A DNA stretch of 64,000 nt from Candidatus Omnitrophota bacterium (GTDB lineage Bacteria; Omnitrophota; Gorgyraeia; Duberdicusellales; 4484-171). Location of the stretch: assembly GCA_018826075.1 (NCBI GenBank), contig JAHKAJ010000015.1:15091-79090 (forward strand), read 5' to 3'. A program made the translations under genes and the position numbers. The notes under the pieces are model-generated. The model searched no databases. It was not told where the DNA came from and saw nothing but the letters and a program-made list of their open reading frames with translations. Shown here one piece after another: positions 1-10,109 of this stretch. The stretch's first letter is position 1; each line of letters opens with the position of its first letter.

Positions 1-753
1 TTTGAGCAGACCATCCCCGGCTATTTTAAGCGGGATACCCTTTAACTTTTTCCAAGCTTGCAAAAGGATAGCGATTCCTTTCTCTTGAGAAAGCCGGCCG
101 GCAAAAAGAACATAGCTTTTAGTTTTTCTCTCCATCCCAGGATCAGAATTAATAAAATTAGGCTTAATAACTATTTTCTTTTCTGGAAGCCCTCCTTCAA
201 TGTATTTATCACGGGCGAACTTAGTAAGGGCGATATAAATATCAATTTGTTTCTGCCAGGTCTTAAGCCAGCGATGTATAGCTATCATTGAGGCAACTCC
301 GGCAGTTTGTAAATGAGAGCTCCTATAACAAGCCCTTAATACTCCTGGCCAAGGTAAAATAGTTTTTAGACAATGCTCACAAATTTTTCCGTCACGAAAA
401 ATAATTGCTGCCGGACAAAGTAAACGATAATTATGTAATGTCTGGACTACCGGAATTTTTAGTTTCTTGCAAGTATAGTAAGCTGACGGAGAAATGAGAG
501 GAAAAATATTGTGAAAATGAACTATATCCGGTTGTTCTTTATTTAATAGTCGAAGTAACTTGTGCTTTGATTCATTGGACCAGATGAGCTTAGCAGCCAG
601 AACTAAACTATTCATCTTGTCAATCCGGCGGTTATCCTCTGTATAGGTTATAACTTCCTGACCGCCTTGACGTAAAACTGCAACTTCCGATTTAAAAACT
701 TCGTTTTCTCCGCCGTAATTTTTATAGTAATTATGTACTTGAAGTATTTTCAT
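1..753 (-). CDS. GT4-family glycosyltransferase (3' end runs off the window; not in ORF track)
   Basis: Own translation from ATG at 753: MKILQVHNYYKNYGGENEVF...PDIVHFHNIFPLISPS...PVVQTLHNYRLLCP...YVLFAGRLSQEKG; no stop found before position 1. Confidence 0.85.
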   Translation of the reverse strand, partial: MKILQVHNYYKNYGGENEVFKSEVAVLRQGGQEVITYTEDNRRIDKMNSLVLAAKLIWSNESKHKLLRLLNKEQPDIVHFHNIFPLISPSAYYTCKKLKIPVVQTLHNYRLLCPAAIIFRDGKICEHCLKTILPWPGVLRACYRSSHLQTAGVASMIAIHRWLKTWQKQIDIYIALTKFARDKYIEGGLPEKKIVIKPNFINSDPGMERKTKSYVLFAGRLSQEKGIAILLQAWKKLKGIPLKIAGDGLLK

Positions 754-761
754 CTCAAATC

Positions 762-1682
762 TCAAAAGCCAAAATTATAATATACCTTTCTCTTTACTAA
801 AAACTGTAAGCTTTTAGGGGCAATTGAAAAATAGGCTAAAAGAGAAACGGCAGTAAGATTGGCTTTATTTTCCTTAATTGCCCAAAGCAACTCCTGCTTT
901 ACCTTTCCAAACTCTCCGGTCAACAGATAATATATAGCGCAGCGCAGATAAACTTTAGAGATCAGCTTATTTTTAAACCCGGGCTTAAGTCTATAATTTC
1001 TCTGGAAAGCTTTTTCGAGCATATTTTTTTCTTCTTGTTTTGACTGCTCGATATTCTTAAGAATGTAATTTGCTGACATCCGATAAAGAGTTAAAGGCTT
1101 GTTGATATAACCTACTTTATAGTTCTCAGCTAAACGCAGCCACATATCCCAATCAGCAGGAATAAAAATGGTTTCGTCAAAAAGCCCCGCCTTTTCAAAG
1201 CAAGCTTTACGGACGACCGAGGTGGAATTACAAATGTAGTTTCTGGGAAGCAACCTTTTAGCTATCCAGCCGGCTCGCCGGCTTTTAGGGTGAGAAAAAG
1301 TTCGTAAAATCCTATCGTTCTCATCTACGTAATAAGCAGCAGTATGAACGAAACCAAAATCAGGATGTTTCTCTAAATAGCCAACACTCCGCTCTATTTT
1401 TTCCGGTAAATAAATATCGTCGCAATCAAGAAAGCCAATGTAATCGCCGCTAGCTAAACCGATACCTAAATTTCTGGCACTGCAGGCGCCGCCGTTTTTT
1501 TTATAGACATATTTAATCCTCTGCTTAAAGACCGAAAGACACTCCCTGGTATTGTCGCTAGAACCATCATCAACCACAATAAGTTCTATATTTTTATAGG
1601 TCTGATTCAAGACACTATCAATGGCTTTAGCGGTCAGCTCAGCCATATTATAAGCCGGAATAATAACTGATACTTTTTTCAT
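762..1682 (-). CDS. GT2-family glycosyltransferase
   Basis: VSVIIPAYN, VVDDGSSD, NGGACSARN, FLDCDD, DWDMWLR motifs. Confidence 0.9.
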   Translation of the reverse strand: MKKVSVIIPAYNMAELTAKAIDSVLNQTYKNIELIVVDDGSSDNTRECLSVFKQRIKYVYKKNGGACSARNLGIGLASGDYIGFLDCDDIYLPEKIERSVGYLEKHPDFGFVHTAAYYVDENDRILRTFSHPKSRRAGWIAKRLLPRNYICNSTSVVRKACFEKAGLFDETIFIPADWDMWLRLAENYKVGYINKPLTLYRMSANYILKNIEQSKQEEKNMLEKAFQRNYRLKPGFKNKLISKVYLRCAIYYLLTGEFGKVKQELLWAIKENKANLTAVSLLAYFSIAPKSLQFLVKRKVYYNFGF

Positions 1683-1691
1683 TTATTATCT

Positions 1692-2576
1692 CTACCTATC
1701 TTTATTGGTCTTAATATATTCGGCCAAAGAATCATGCCAATGAGGCATATGGTTAAGACCAAGTGAATCCAGCTTATAGTTAGAGAGTATTTCCGAACGG
1801 GGCCGCGGCGCCGGCAAAGGAAACTCTTCAGAGCTAATCGGCTTAACCTTCACTCGGCTCTTAAAACCCATAAATTCAACTATTTTTAAAGCAATGTCAT
1901 AACGCGACCCCATGCCTTTATTAACCATATGGTATAAACCATATTTTTCAGTTTCAATTACCTTCAATAAGTTAGCGGCAAAGTCTTTAGTAAAAGTGGG
2001 GCTGCCGAATTTATCGGAAACCGCCCTAAGTTCAGTTCTTCCTTGGCGTAACTGCTGGACGATTTTATAAACAAACTTCTTATCCAGCTGCCAGCCGCCA
2101 ACCATCCAGCCGGCCCGAATAATGAAATAGTCAGAAAGCAACTCCTTTACTACCAGCTCACCCTCGAATTTGCTCCTTCCATAAACATTGATTGGATCCG
2201 GCAAATCAGACTCAATGTAAGCTCGCTGCTTATTACCGTCAAATACATTACTTGTACTAATATAAAGAAGTCGGCAGTTAAACTCCCGGCAGGCATAAGC
2301 AATATTTTTTGTGCCTAGACTATTTACTCTGAAAGCATGTTCGGGATTCTCCTGGCATAAATCAACATTAGTTTCAGCAGCAAGATGAAATATATAGTCT
2401 AGTTGCAGTTGCTCGACTTTACTAAAAACTCTATCCCGATCAGTGACATCTAAAGCCTCTATGTCTGGAACCCGTTGATGAATATCAGTCTGAACGACCT
2501 GGTGTTTGGCCTCTTGCAAACGAACGATAATATCAGCAGCAAGCATACCGGCTGCTCCAGTAATTAATATTTTCAT
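1692..2576 (-). CDS. rfbD: dTDP-4-dehydrorhamnose reductase-like NDP-sugar 4-ketoreductase
   Basis: ITGAAGMLA, HLAAETNVDLC, YISTSNVFDG, YGRSK, GSPT, PAPRP. Confidence 0.8.
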   Translation of the reverse strand: MKILITGAAGMLAADIIVRLQEAKHQVVQTDIHQRVPDIEALDVTDRDRVFSKVEQLQLDYIFHLAAETNVDLCQENPEHAFRVNSLGTKNIAYACREFNCRLLYISTSNVFDGNKQRAYIESDLPDPINVYGRSKFEGELVVKELLSDYFIIRAGWMVGGWQLDKKFVYKIVQQLRQGRTELRAVSDKFGSPTFTKDFAANLLKVIETEKYGLYHMVNKGMGSRYDIALKIVEFMGFKSRVKVKPISSEEFPLPAPRPRSEILSNYKLDSLGLNHMPHWHDSLAEYIKTNKDR

Positions 2577-2603
2577 GCCTCTCCTTGATTTGCAACCAAA
2601 TAG

Positions 2604-3563
2604 TTAATAATTTGTTGCTGCTTTTCGCAACCGGCCTAAAACTGCAGCGTCAGAGATTAGATCATCGTAAAACTGTCGGTAGTTCTTTTTCTTGATACTT
2701 ATTAATACCTCTCTTAAAAATAACTCAAAACAATCAGCCTTGGCTATCCTTAAAGTCCTTTTTTGGTTTTTTTCGACAATTTTGAACTCATTCTCCATCT
2801 CAACCGGAATTGTAAAAATTCGCTCTATATCTACAAATGTATCTTTACCTAAAAAACTTATGGAATTGCGGTATTCAGTATCAAAACCAAAATGCCCAAC
2901 CATTGACCTTCCTTTAGAGTAAATAGCTAACAAACTAAAAGAAACCTCAAGGTTATCTTTGCTGTCGCGGTTATTTATAGTGCAATACATTTCTTTCGGC
3001 TCCTCGCCAAAAAATAACCTTCCCGGACTAACAGCGTAAGGCCCAAGATCATAAAAAGCTCCTCCGCCTAAAGACCGGCTATATCTAAAATTATCATGAG
3101 CCAGTGGCGGAAAAGAAAAAGAAACAATCAAACGTTGAGGCTCCGTTTTGTTAGCCGAAAAAATATCTTTGGCCATTTTAATTTGAGGATGATAAGCATA
3201 AACCGTAGCTTCAGCCAAACATAGATTGCTCTTTCTTGCTAAATTAACCAATTCTTCGGCTTCCTTCAAACTAGCGAAAGCCGGTTTATCAACTATCACA
3301 TGAAAACCTTTACTAAGTGCAGCTTGAGCTAATTCCTTATGTAAACTATTTACGCTCGATATGTAAACCAAACTAGCCTTACTCTTAGACAAAGCTTGTT
3401 GATAATCATCATAGACATTTCCTCCTAAATCTTTAGGCAAAGTAATTGAAGTTTTAGCCCTATGCGAAGCAAGATCGATGCCGCTAATATCACTAATCGC
3501 CTGTATTGCCGGAATAACTCTTCTTTTTGCAATCTCTGAATAGCTCAAAATTAATACTTGCAT
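2604..3563 (-). CDS. Gfo/Idh/MocA oxidoreductase, probable NDP-hexose 3-ketoreductase (start refined to ATG 3563)
   Basis: HVIVDKP, YAYHPQ, FSFPP..DNFRY...LGGGAFYDLGPY; directly downstream of an NDP-hexose 2,3-dehydratase. Confidence 0.7.
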   Translation of the reverse strand: MQVLILSYSEIAKRRVIPAIQAISDISGIDLASHRAKTSITLPKDLGGNVYDDYQQALSKSKASLVYISSVNSLHKELAQAALSKGFHVIVDKPAFASLKEAEELVNLARKSNLCLAEATVYAYHPQIKMAKDIFSANKTEPQRLIVSFSFPPLAHDNFRYSRSLGGGAFYDLGPYAVSPGRLFFGEEPKEMYCTINNRDSKDNLEVSFSLLAIYSKGRSMVGHFGFDTEYRNSISFLGKDTFVDIERIFTIPVEMENEFKIVEKNQKRTLRIAKADCFELFLREVLISIKKKNYRQFYDDLISDAAVLGRLRKAATNY

Positions 3564-3579
3564 ATCTTTAACTAAAAAT

Positions 3580-4872
3580 TTACCGGCAAGATAAAAGAGT
3601 TCTTGCCTCAACGCTTACTAAACTGGTCTGGCCAGTAAAATCTAGAAGTTGATCAAAGGTCATCCAGATATAATTAGAAGGTATTTCTAATTCTTCGTTC
3701 TCTCCAACTTCGATTATCATATATCTGTTTTGAGAATGGTAAAAACGTCCTCCTTCTTCCGAAAAAATAACTGAAGATTTAATCTGCTCCGGCGTTGCCT
3801 TAATAAATAACTCTGCAAAAGGAGGCAATTGGCCGCTTTTAAGTCTTTGTTCCGGATCAGAATAAGATACCGTAGGTGCCATTTCGCAAGTATTAATATA
3901 GCCGGGCTCAACTTTAGCCTGGACCAAAGCATGTAAAACACCCTTTATTCTTTTGGTCAGAAACCCCACCATTCCAATATTGGACGGCTTCAATAAAGGT
4001 TGAGACCAGCTTCTGACTTCGCGACCTTCAACCTTAACCGAAACAGCGATAATTGAAAAAAAGGTTCTTGATTCATGACTAATCTGCCAATCATCGATAT
4101 GCCAACCACCCCGGACATCTTTCAAAGCAATACTTTCAGTTTGACACTTATATTTGCTTCTTAATCCCTGGATCCAACTGGCTATCTGCGATTTAGTATA
4201 AATGCCATCACCTTCTTGAGCGGTTAAAGGAAAACAAGAGAGCACCGACCTAGCATCCATATTTACAAAATTATCAATAGCCAAAAGCTCCTTTATCTGC
4301 CTCAAAGTTAACCAATAGAAATTAGGCGGTAAATTTATTTCTTGATCAATCTCAACAATTACGTTGCGATTTCGTTTGCGTAAGAATTTTGCTCCTTGCT
4401 CAGACTGCAGTTGGTCAACTAAAATTTTAGCCTTGCTACCATTAAGAAAAAAATCTAAAAATAAAGGCTGTTTCCCTTTATGAACTTGAGTATAATTACT
4501 TTTAGTAGCTTGGACCGTAGGTGATAATTGAAAAATATTAACATTCCCCGGTTCAACTTTAGCCTGCATAAGAAAATATCTGACCCCGCCGATTATTTTA
4601 GTAACAATACCTAAGATACCGATTTCCGGTTGATTTATGATCGGCTGCTCCCAAAATCCCGGGTATCGAAAATTGGTTTCAATCCTCAAGCCCTCAATTC
4701 TAAAAAATTTACCTGAAGAATGAACGATATTTCCTGAATCTTCTTCAAAGTGCCAACTATCTAATTGGCTAAATGGAATCTGCTTAACTGAAAAATTGGT
4801 TAAGTTTTTTAACCGCTCGAATTCTGACTTAAGGCCCTTAACGCTTATAAAATTTCTATCTTTTATTCTCAT
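3580..4872 (-). CDS. NDP-hexose 2,3-dehydratase (EvaA/TylX3/OleV family)
   Basis: Two internal repeats: HSSGKFF...WEQP...QAKVEPGN...QLSPTVQATKSNY...QSEQG and HESRTFF...WSQP...QAKVEPG...SEEGGRFY. Confidence 0.88.
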   Translation of the reverse strand: MRIKDRNFISVKGLKSEFERLKNLTNFSVKQIPFSQLDSWHFEEDSGNIVHSSGKFFRIEGLRIETNFRYPGFWEQPIINQPEIGILGIVTKIIGGVRYFLMQAKVEPGNVNIFQLSPTVQATKSNYTQVHKGKQPLFLDFFLNGSKAKILVDQLQSEQGAKFLRKRNRNVIVEIDQEINLPPNFYWLTLRQIKELLAIDNFVNMDARSVLSCFPLTAQEGDGIYTKSQIASWIQGLRSKYKCQTESIALKDVRGGWHIDDWQISHESRTFFSIIAVSVKVEGREVRSWSQPLLKPSNIGMVGFLTKRIKGVLHALVQAKVEPGYINTCEMAPTVSYSDPEQRLKSGQLPPFAELFIKATPEQIKSSVIFSEEGGRFYHSQNRYMIIEVGENEELEIPSNYIWMTFDQLLDFTGQTSLVSVEARTLLSCR

Positions 4873-4901
4873 TTCTTGCTGGCTATAAATTTTTAAAAAG
4901 A

Positions 4902-6821
4902 TTAAGAGATATCACTGCTCACCCCTTTACCCATTAATTCATTCAAGTAAGCAAAGGTTACCCCAAACAAAGACCAGAAAGGTATGGCATAATAAGGCAA
5001 CTCTAAAATAACCGCAAAATTAGCATACATCAATATGCTGATTATGGCTCCTGACAACAATATTCCGTTAATTGATCTTAAACATATCGACCTTTTTATT
5101 ATTTTAATTAAAAAAATAACCATAAACACAATATATAGCATCCCTACTATTCCTGCTCTATACACAAGGGCTAAGTAAGAGTTATGGAAGGCGATCCAAC
5201 CGTCGCGACCCCATTCCCCCCCGGCGAAACCAGCTATCTCAATGCCGCGAGAACGAAAAGGTTTACCAAAATCAAAACCTAAAAGAGGCTTTTCTTTTAT
5301 AAGCTGGATTAAAGCATCTCTCCAAATTAAAATCCTAAAGATAGAATTGCCACGGGCGTCAGATGCTTTCCTTACTCTAAGTTTATACCGCGTATCACGG
5401 ATATTCAAGAATGGATCTTCGATTTTATTCCGAAACTCCTGAATTGCTTTAGTTAATTCAACGTCTTCAGTTGCGATTTCCAACTCATTTAAAAGCGCTA
5501 GGTTTTGTTCTATCTCATTTTGGGCCTTTTTTACCAAAACCCAAACATCTTCAGTCTCTCTAAACGACTCTGTTTTCTCGGATATTTTCCGAAGCCTTTC
5601 TAAAACCGCATTAACCCTAACCACCTTTTCCTCTAATATCCCTAAGGTAGCTTGGATTTCTGTTGCTATCGGAGAAGATAATGCTTTTTTAGCTTTTGGA
5701 ATTTGAGCTAAATCTGTATTTACCGGTTGCGGGCTGAGTTTTTCTAAAGAATCAATGACGCCAATCGTGCTGGCTTGGATTTCTTTTAATCTAGATTCAG
5801 GTTCCTTGTTTTTTTCTGCTGTCGGATTTACTTCAACTGGCTTTTCCTCAATTACCGAAACCGGCAATGCAGCTTTTCGTTTAATTTGTGGGTTATAAAG
5901 AACTGCTTTGATCTCTTTAGGGTTATAATCATTTTCAGTGTCGCTGACAAGCTCTTTAGACTCTAAATATTGCTTCTTTAGCTTACCTAAATCTATGAGA
6001 GATTTTATTTCCTGAACATATCCCAACTTAAATACAGCTAGCAGCAAAAAAAACATACAAAGCCCCAATATAAAAACTTTAGTTCTTGCCTTAGCCTTTA
6101 AAATAAAAATTATCGCTACGCATATAAATATCGCAGCTGTAACATTACCTACCAGAATTGCCCGCGAATCTCGCAAAAATGCACCATAGGGAACTAACAG
6201 AAATAATAATAAAAAAAGAGCGTATTTGATACTTCTGAGGGAGTAAGCTTTTATTAATACAAAGGCTAAAATAAAAACAGTAAATAAAAAAAACGGCTGG
6301 ATTCGAAAAAATAATTTAACTATGTTTATCCTCAATGAAATAATCAAAAGAAGTGATAGAATTAAAATGGCGTTTTGACTAAAAAACTTTTTCTTATAGA
6401 AAGTATAGCCGAATATTGCAAACAGAGGATAATAAAATAATGCTGCATGCCTAAAAGCTAAAGGCCCCCATTTAGAGGGCCCTAAATACCCCCAAAAAGC
6501 TTTTGCCGCCACAAAGATGAAATAAAAAAACAATGAATAATGCCAAGCTTTTAGTTTTGGAGGAAACTTTTTCCATTTCATGGACAAGACAATTAAACAT
6601 AAAAAAATTAATATTTCACCGATAAATATAGGAAAATCTAAAAAAGAAAACTGAATATGGCATTCGGCAAATTCACGCCTAAACAAAAGATAGCCAAAAG
6701 AAATTAATCCCATGAGAAATAGACCTATAGCCTCTAAGCGACAACTCTTGTCTACGCCAAAACGGTTAAATATTCTACCTAAATAATTAGATATACCGCT
6801 AGTAATGGTTCGATGACTCAT
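4902..6821 (-). CDS. O-antigen ligase (Wzy_C/WaaL-like) family membrane protein with large soluble insertion
   Basis: Many hydrophobic segments, SRA motif, RILIWRDAL...KPLLGFDFG, HNSYL...RAGIVG; ~220-aa charged loop. Confidence 0.75.
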   Translation of the reverse strand: MSHRTITSGISNYLGRIFNRFGVDKSCRLEAIGLFLMGLISFGYLLFRREFAECHIQFSFLDFPIFIGEILIFLCLIVLSMKWKKFPPKLKAWHYSLFFYFIFVAAKAFWGYLGPSKWGPLAFRHAALFYYPLFAIFGYTFYKKKFFSQNAILILSLLLIISLRINIVKLFFRIQPFFLFTVFILAFVLIKAYSLRSIKYALFLLLFLLVPYGAFLRDSRAILVGNVTAAIFICVAIIFILKAKARTKVFILGLCMFFLLLAVFKLGYVQEIKSLIDLGKLKKQYLESKELVSDTENDYNPKEIKAVLYNPQIKRKAALPVSVIEEKPVEVNPTAEKNKEPESRLKEIQASTIGVIDSLEKLSPQPVNTDLAQIPKAKKALSSPIATEIQATLGILEEKVVRVNAVLERLRKISEKTESFRETEDVWVLVKKAQNEIEQNLALLNELEIATEDVELTKAIQEFRNKIEDPFLNIRDTRYKLRVRKASDARGNSIFRILIWRDALIQLIKEKPLLGFDFGKPFRSRGIEIAGFAGGEWGRDGWIAFHNSYLALVYRAGIVGMLYIVFMVIFLIKIIKRSICLRSINGILLSGAIISILMYANFAVILELPYYAIPFWSLFGVTFAYLNELMGKGVSSDIS

Positions 6822-7782
6822 TTACCCCTCTGGATCTTTTTCCTAAAGCCCTAATCCAGGTGCCTTGAGGATTATTGGTAACTGTACCGTAATACCACTG
6901 ATAAAATCTTTTTGAAATACATACCGGGATAAAAAAACGCAACTTATAGAATAGGTTTTCCAGTATTTTAAAAATCACTCTATTTTTACCGCGGCCGGCC
7001 GGAGAGCCTTGCATATCCCTTCCATAACAAGCAATCTGCTGAAGGCTTAAACCACTTTTTTCAAAAAGCATTTGCAGGCTCAGCTTATTGAAAAAAGTTA
7101 AATGCGGGAATACGTCCAGTTTGAACAGATAATCTTGATTAGGCAAATCAGCAAAAATGTATCCCCCTTCAGCTAATTTCTCTACTGCTTTTTCCAGCAT
7201 ATCCTTAGGCCGATAAAGGTGTTCTAAAACATTTGATAAAATAATAATATCAAATTGCCCTTCTATTGCCTCTAAACTGTCTTCAACTTTCAATTTAATC
7301 TTAGGATAACCTTTATGCCAAGTTTTTTTGAGTGACTCCCTTAACACATTGTCTTTTTCGACAATGTAATAACTGTCTAAACATATTTCCCGATCTTTAG
7401 CTGCAACCATTCCTAAAAACCCCTGCCCGGCCCCGATATCAAGCATAGATATGGCTTTAGTAATTTTCTTAATAACCGGCTTAATAATTCTCCAACGGGC
7501 AGTAGACAAAGCATAATGGCCAGGGAATTTCCTCGGCAACAAGACCTCTACTCGAGAATTATTCCAATAACCGCTCTGGGAATAAAATTCAAGCAACTGC
7601 TCATCGCTCAATTTGGGAAAAGCTACTCCAACACCGCAACTACTACAAAAAAGGATAGAGTGCGGCTTGGAAAGAAAACTATTCCTAGATAAATCCGTAG
7701 GGTACTTTACAGTTCTAAAACCAGAATCTTCCAAAGACCGAGAACAGACAGGACAAATCAATAATGTTTTCTCGATTATCAT
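6799..7782 (-). CDS. Class I SAM-dependent methyltransferase with N-terminal CxxC...CxxC
   Basis: CPVC/CSSC, LDIGAGQG, NVLEHL, DLPN. Confidence 0.8.
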   Translation of the reverse strand: MIIEKTLLICPVCSRSLEDSGFRTVKYPTDLSRNSFLSKPHSILFCSSCGVGVAFPKLSDEQLLEFYSQSGYWNNSRVEVLLPRKFPGHYALSTARWRIIKPVIKKITKAISMLDIGAGQGFLGMVAAKDREICLDSYYIVEKDNVLRESLKKTWHKGYPKIKLKVEDSLEAIEGQFDIIILSNVLEHLYRPKDMLEKAVEKLAEGGYIFADLPNQDYLFKLDVFPHLTFFNKLSLQMLFEKSGLSLQQIACYGRDMQGSPAGRGKNRVIFKILENLFYKLRFFIPVCISKRFYQWYYGTVTNNPQGTWIRALGKRSRGVNESSNHY

Positions 7783-8705
7783 GATCTAAAAAAATTAATC
7801 AGGTTTTTTGTCGCTTCCACTTCCATTGCCAAACGAGATTCTCTGGTTAAAGTTCCCACATGGGGAGTTAAAATTACATTATCCAGTTCAAAAAGCTTTC
7901 CTCGATAGGGCTCCTTAGAAAAAACATCCAAGGCTGCCGCAGACAAATACTTGCTGGATAAAGCATCGTATAGAGCATTTTCATCAATAAATTTACCCCG
8001 GGAAGTATTGATTACAGCAGCCCCTCTTTTCATCAAGGATATTTTTTCTCTATCCAGCTTAAAAGAGTCAGCAGCATTATCAGAAAGATGGATAGATATA
8101 ATATCAACGACACTCAATAATTCCCGCACCGGTAAAACCTTCAAGTTATTGCTTTTAGCCCAGGCATCATCAATAACCATATCTGCCCCGTAAAGATCAG
8201 CCTCTAATCTATTTAATAATTCAACTACCCGGCGGCCTATCCTGCCTAAACCTAATATCCCCACTTTTGCTCCGCTCAATAAATTTCCAGATACCTTTTG
8301 CCATTTTCCCGACTTCAAAAGAGCGGTATGAAAACTCAAATTACGCAATAAATCAAAAAACATGGCAATGGTTAGTTCGGCCACCGGCTGGATTACCACG
8401 CTGGGAGTATTAAAAACAGCGATACCTTTTTGTTTAGCTTTCGATAGAGCTATATTATCTAAGCCTACGCCGCAACGTGAGATACAGCGAAGCTGCGGCA
8501 AATGGTCAATAACGTAATCGTCATAAGGTTCAAGGCCGGCGATTGCGCCTTCGGAATCTTTACCCATTTTGATTATTTCTTCCTGGACTAACCTTCGGCC
8601 TAAGGGATTAATAAAATACTCAAAACCATTTTGTTCAAGCAGATTCAGCGATTCTTTTCCGTGTTCAGCAAAAGTCGAAGCTGAAATAAATATTTTCTTA
8701 CTCAT
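7779..8705 (-). CDS. D-2-hydroxyacid dehydrogenase (SerA-like, no ACT domain)
   Basis: SRCGVGLDNI, GILGLGRIG, INTSRG, ALDVFSKEP, LTPHVG. Confidence 0.85.
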   Translation of the reverse strand: MSKKIFISASTFAEHGKESLNLLEQNGFEYFINPLGRRLVQEEIIKMGKDSEGAIAGLEPYDDYVIDHLPQLRCISRCGVGLDNIALSKAKQKGIAVFNTPSVVIQPVAELTIAMFFDLLRNLSFHTALLKSGKWQKVSGNLLSGAKVGILGLGRIGRRVVELLNRLEADLYGADMVIDDAWAKSNNLKVLPVRELLSVVDIISIHLSDNAADSFKLDREKISLMKRGAAVINTSRGKFIDENALYDALSSKYLSAAALDVFSKEPYRGKLFELDNVILTPHVGTLTRESRLAMEVEATKNLINFFRS

Positions 8706-9469
8706 CTTATCTTTTGATAGAATGCCTGCTGAGCAGGGTCCTGAAGCAAAATCTTTTCAACCTCTTCTACATCACTTTCTCTATCTACGGCTACTGTCCG
8801 CTGAGGATAAATAACGCTGTAAATCGGATACCCGTGCTCAAGTATTCTTAAGAAATCTATGGATTCGGCTATTTCCATAGTCGTATGCGGCAAACTAGAA
8901 TATTGCCGTAAAAAAGTTTTGGTAAATGCAGAGATCCCTGTCTGGCGGTATGCCGGGCAATTATTTTTTACCCGCATATAGGGAACAGGCAGACGGGAAT
9001 AATACATAATATAGCCTCTATTGTTTAAAACCGCCTTAACCACGTCAGTATTATTTAAATCGCCTTCCTCGCTAATAACCGAAACCAAGTTAACGCATTC
9101 GGCCTTTTTATCCCTGACTATTGGCCGGACAACCAGATCAAAAGGGCCGGGATCAATAAGCGGCTCATCTCCTGAAATAATAACCACGATATCAACATCT
9201 AATTTTTCAGCTGCCTCTTCGATGCGGTCAGTGCAGCGCTGATGAGTATCAGCGGTCATAACCGCTTTCCCGCCATAGCGTTCAACAGTTTCTTTTATCT
9301 CATTATCGCAAGTAGCCACATAGACATCATTAAAAATTTCGGACAGAAGAGCCCGCCGGCGGACATGTTCAATCATCGGCAAACCCAATATATCCACCAG
9401 GGGTTTTCCGGGAAAACGCGAAGAAGCCATCCGAGCAGGAATAACTGCTGCTATCTTTTTTTTATTCAT
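8702..9469 (-). CDS. kdsB: KdsB-like 3-deoxy-ulosonate cytidylyltransferase
   Basis: VIPARMASSRFPGKPL, TDRIEEA, GDEP, VVKAV, YYSR.PVP, ESIDFLRILEHG. Confidence 0.8.
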   Translation of the reverse strand: MNKKKIAAVIPARMASSRFPGKPLVDILGLPMIEHVRRRALLSEIFNDVYVATCDNEIKETVERYGGKAVMTADTHQRCTDRIEEAAEKLDVDIVVIISGDEPLIDPGPFDLVVRPIVRDKKAECVNLVSVISEEGDLNNTDVVKAVLNNRGYIMYYSRLPVPYMRVKNNCPAYRQTGISAFTKTFLRQYSSLPHTTMEIAESIDFLRILEHGYPIYSVIYPQRTVAVDRESDVEEVEKILLQDPAQQAFYQKIR

Positions 9470-9491
9470 ATCAAAATTGCTTCATACATAA

Positions 9492-10106
9492 TTAAACGTT
9501 ACTTTTGCGCGAACCGATTTTTATTGCAGGAACCCCACCGACAATATCAAAATCGGCTACATCTTTAGTTACTACAGCCCCTGCACCCACAACAGCCCCC
9601 TTACCAACTACAACATTAGGTAGGATTACGGCATTTGCCCCTATCCAAACATCTTCTTTTATGACTATTTTTCCTTCTTGATGGCCTTGATCTCTTATAG
9701 GAATATTAATATCTTTATATCTATGCCCACTGGCTCGCATAACTACATTTGGGCCCACCAAGACATTACTTTCAATAGTGATCTCTCCTCCTATATCGGC
9801 ATTTATCATAACATTACAATTTAGACCTACTCTATTTCCTATCTTTATACTTGAATCATTACTTTTTGATTCGGCAAAAATACAACTATGCGGAGATATG
9901 CACACCTCATCACCAAACTCAATATTTTTAAACCCTTTAATAGATACGCCCTGTAAAATATACACTTTCTTACCGCAGGTCCTAAATCTTTTTTTATAAA
10001 TAGAATACCGTAAATGACAGCCCAAAATTCCTGGAATTTCTGACAATAGGCTATCGCTAAGTAGCCTAACTTCTCTTAAAATTTTGTTTAGAATACTTAC
10101 TCCCAA
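9492..10106 (-). CDS. Hexapeptide-repeat (LbH) O-acyltransferase
   Basis: DVWIGANAVILPNVVVGKGAVVGAGAVVTKDV...GGVPA. Confidence 0.85.
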   Translation of the reverse strand: MGVSILNKILREVRLLSDSLLSEIPGILGCHLRYSIYKKRFRTCGKKVYILQGVSIKGFKNIEFGDEVCISPHSCIFAESKSNDSSIKIGNRVGLNCNVMINADIGGEITIESNVLVGPNVVMRASGHRYKDINIPIRDQGHQEGKIVIKEDVWIGANAVILPNVVVGKGAVVGAGAVVTKDVADFDIVGGVPAIKIGSRKSNV

Positions 10107-10109
10107 TAT

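Noticed and set aside
3580-4872. Internal duplication in the 2,3-dehydratase as a novel repeat
   Set aside because: The two-repeat architecture is the normal structure of this family
7779-8705. serA (serine biosynthesis)
   Set aside because: No ACT domain, and it overlaps KdsB-like and methyltransferase genes; more likely a pathway-specific 2-hydroxyacid dehydrogenase
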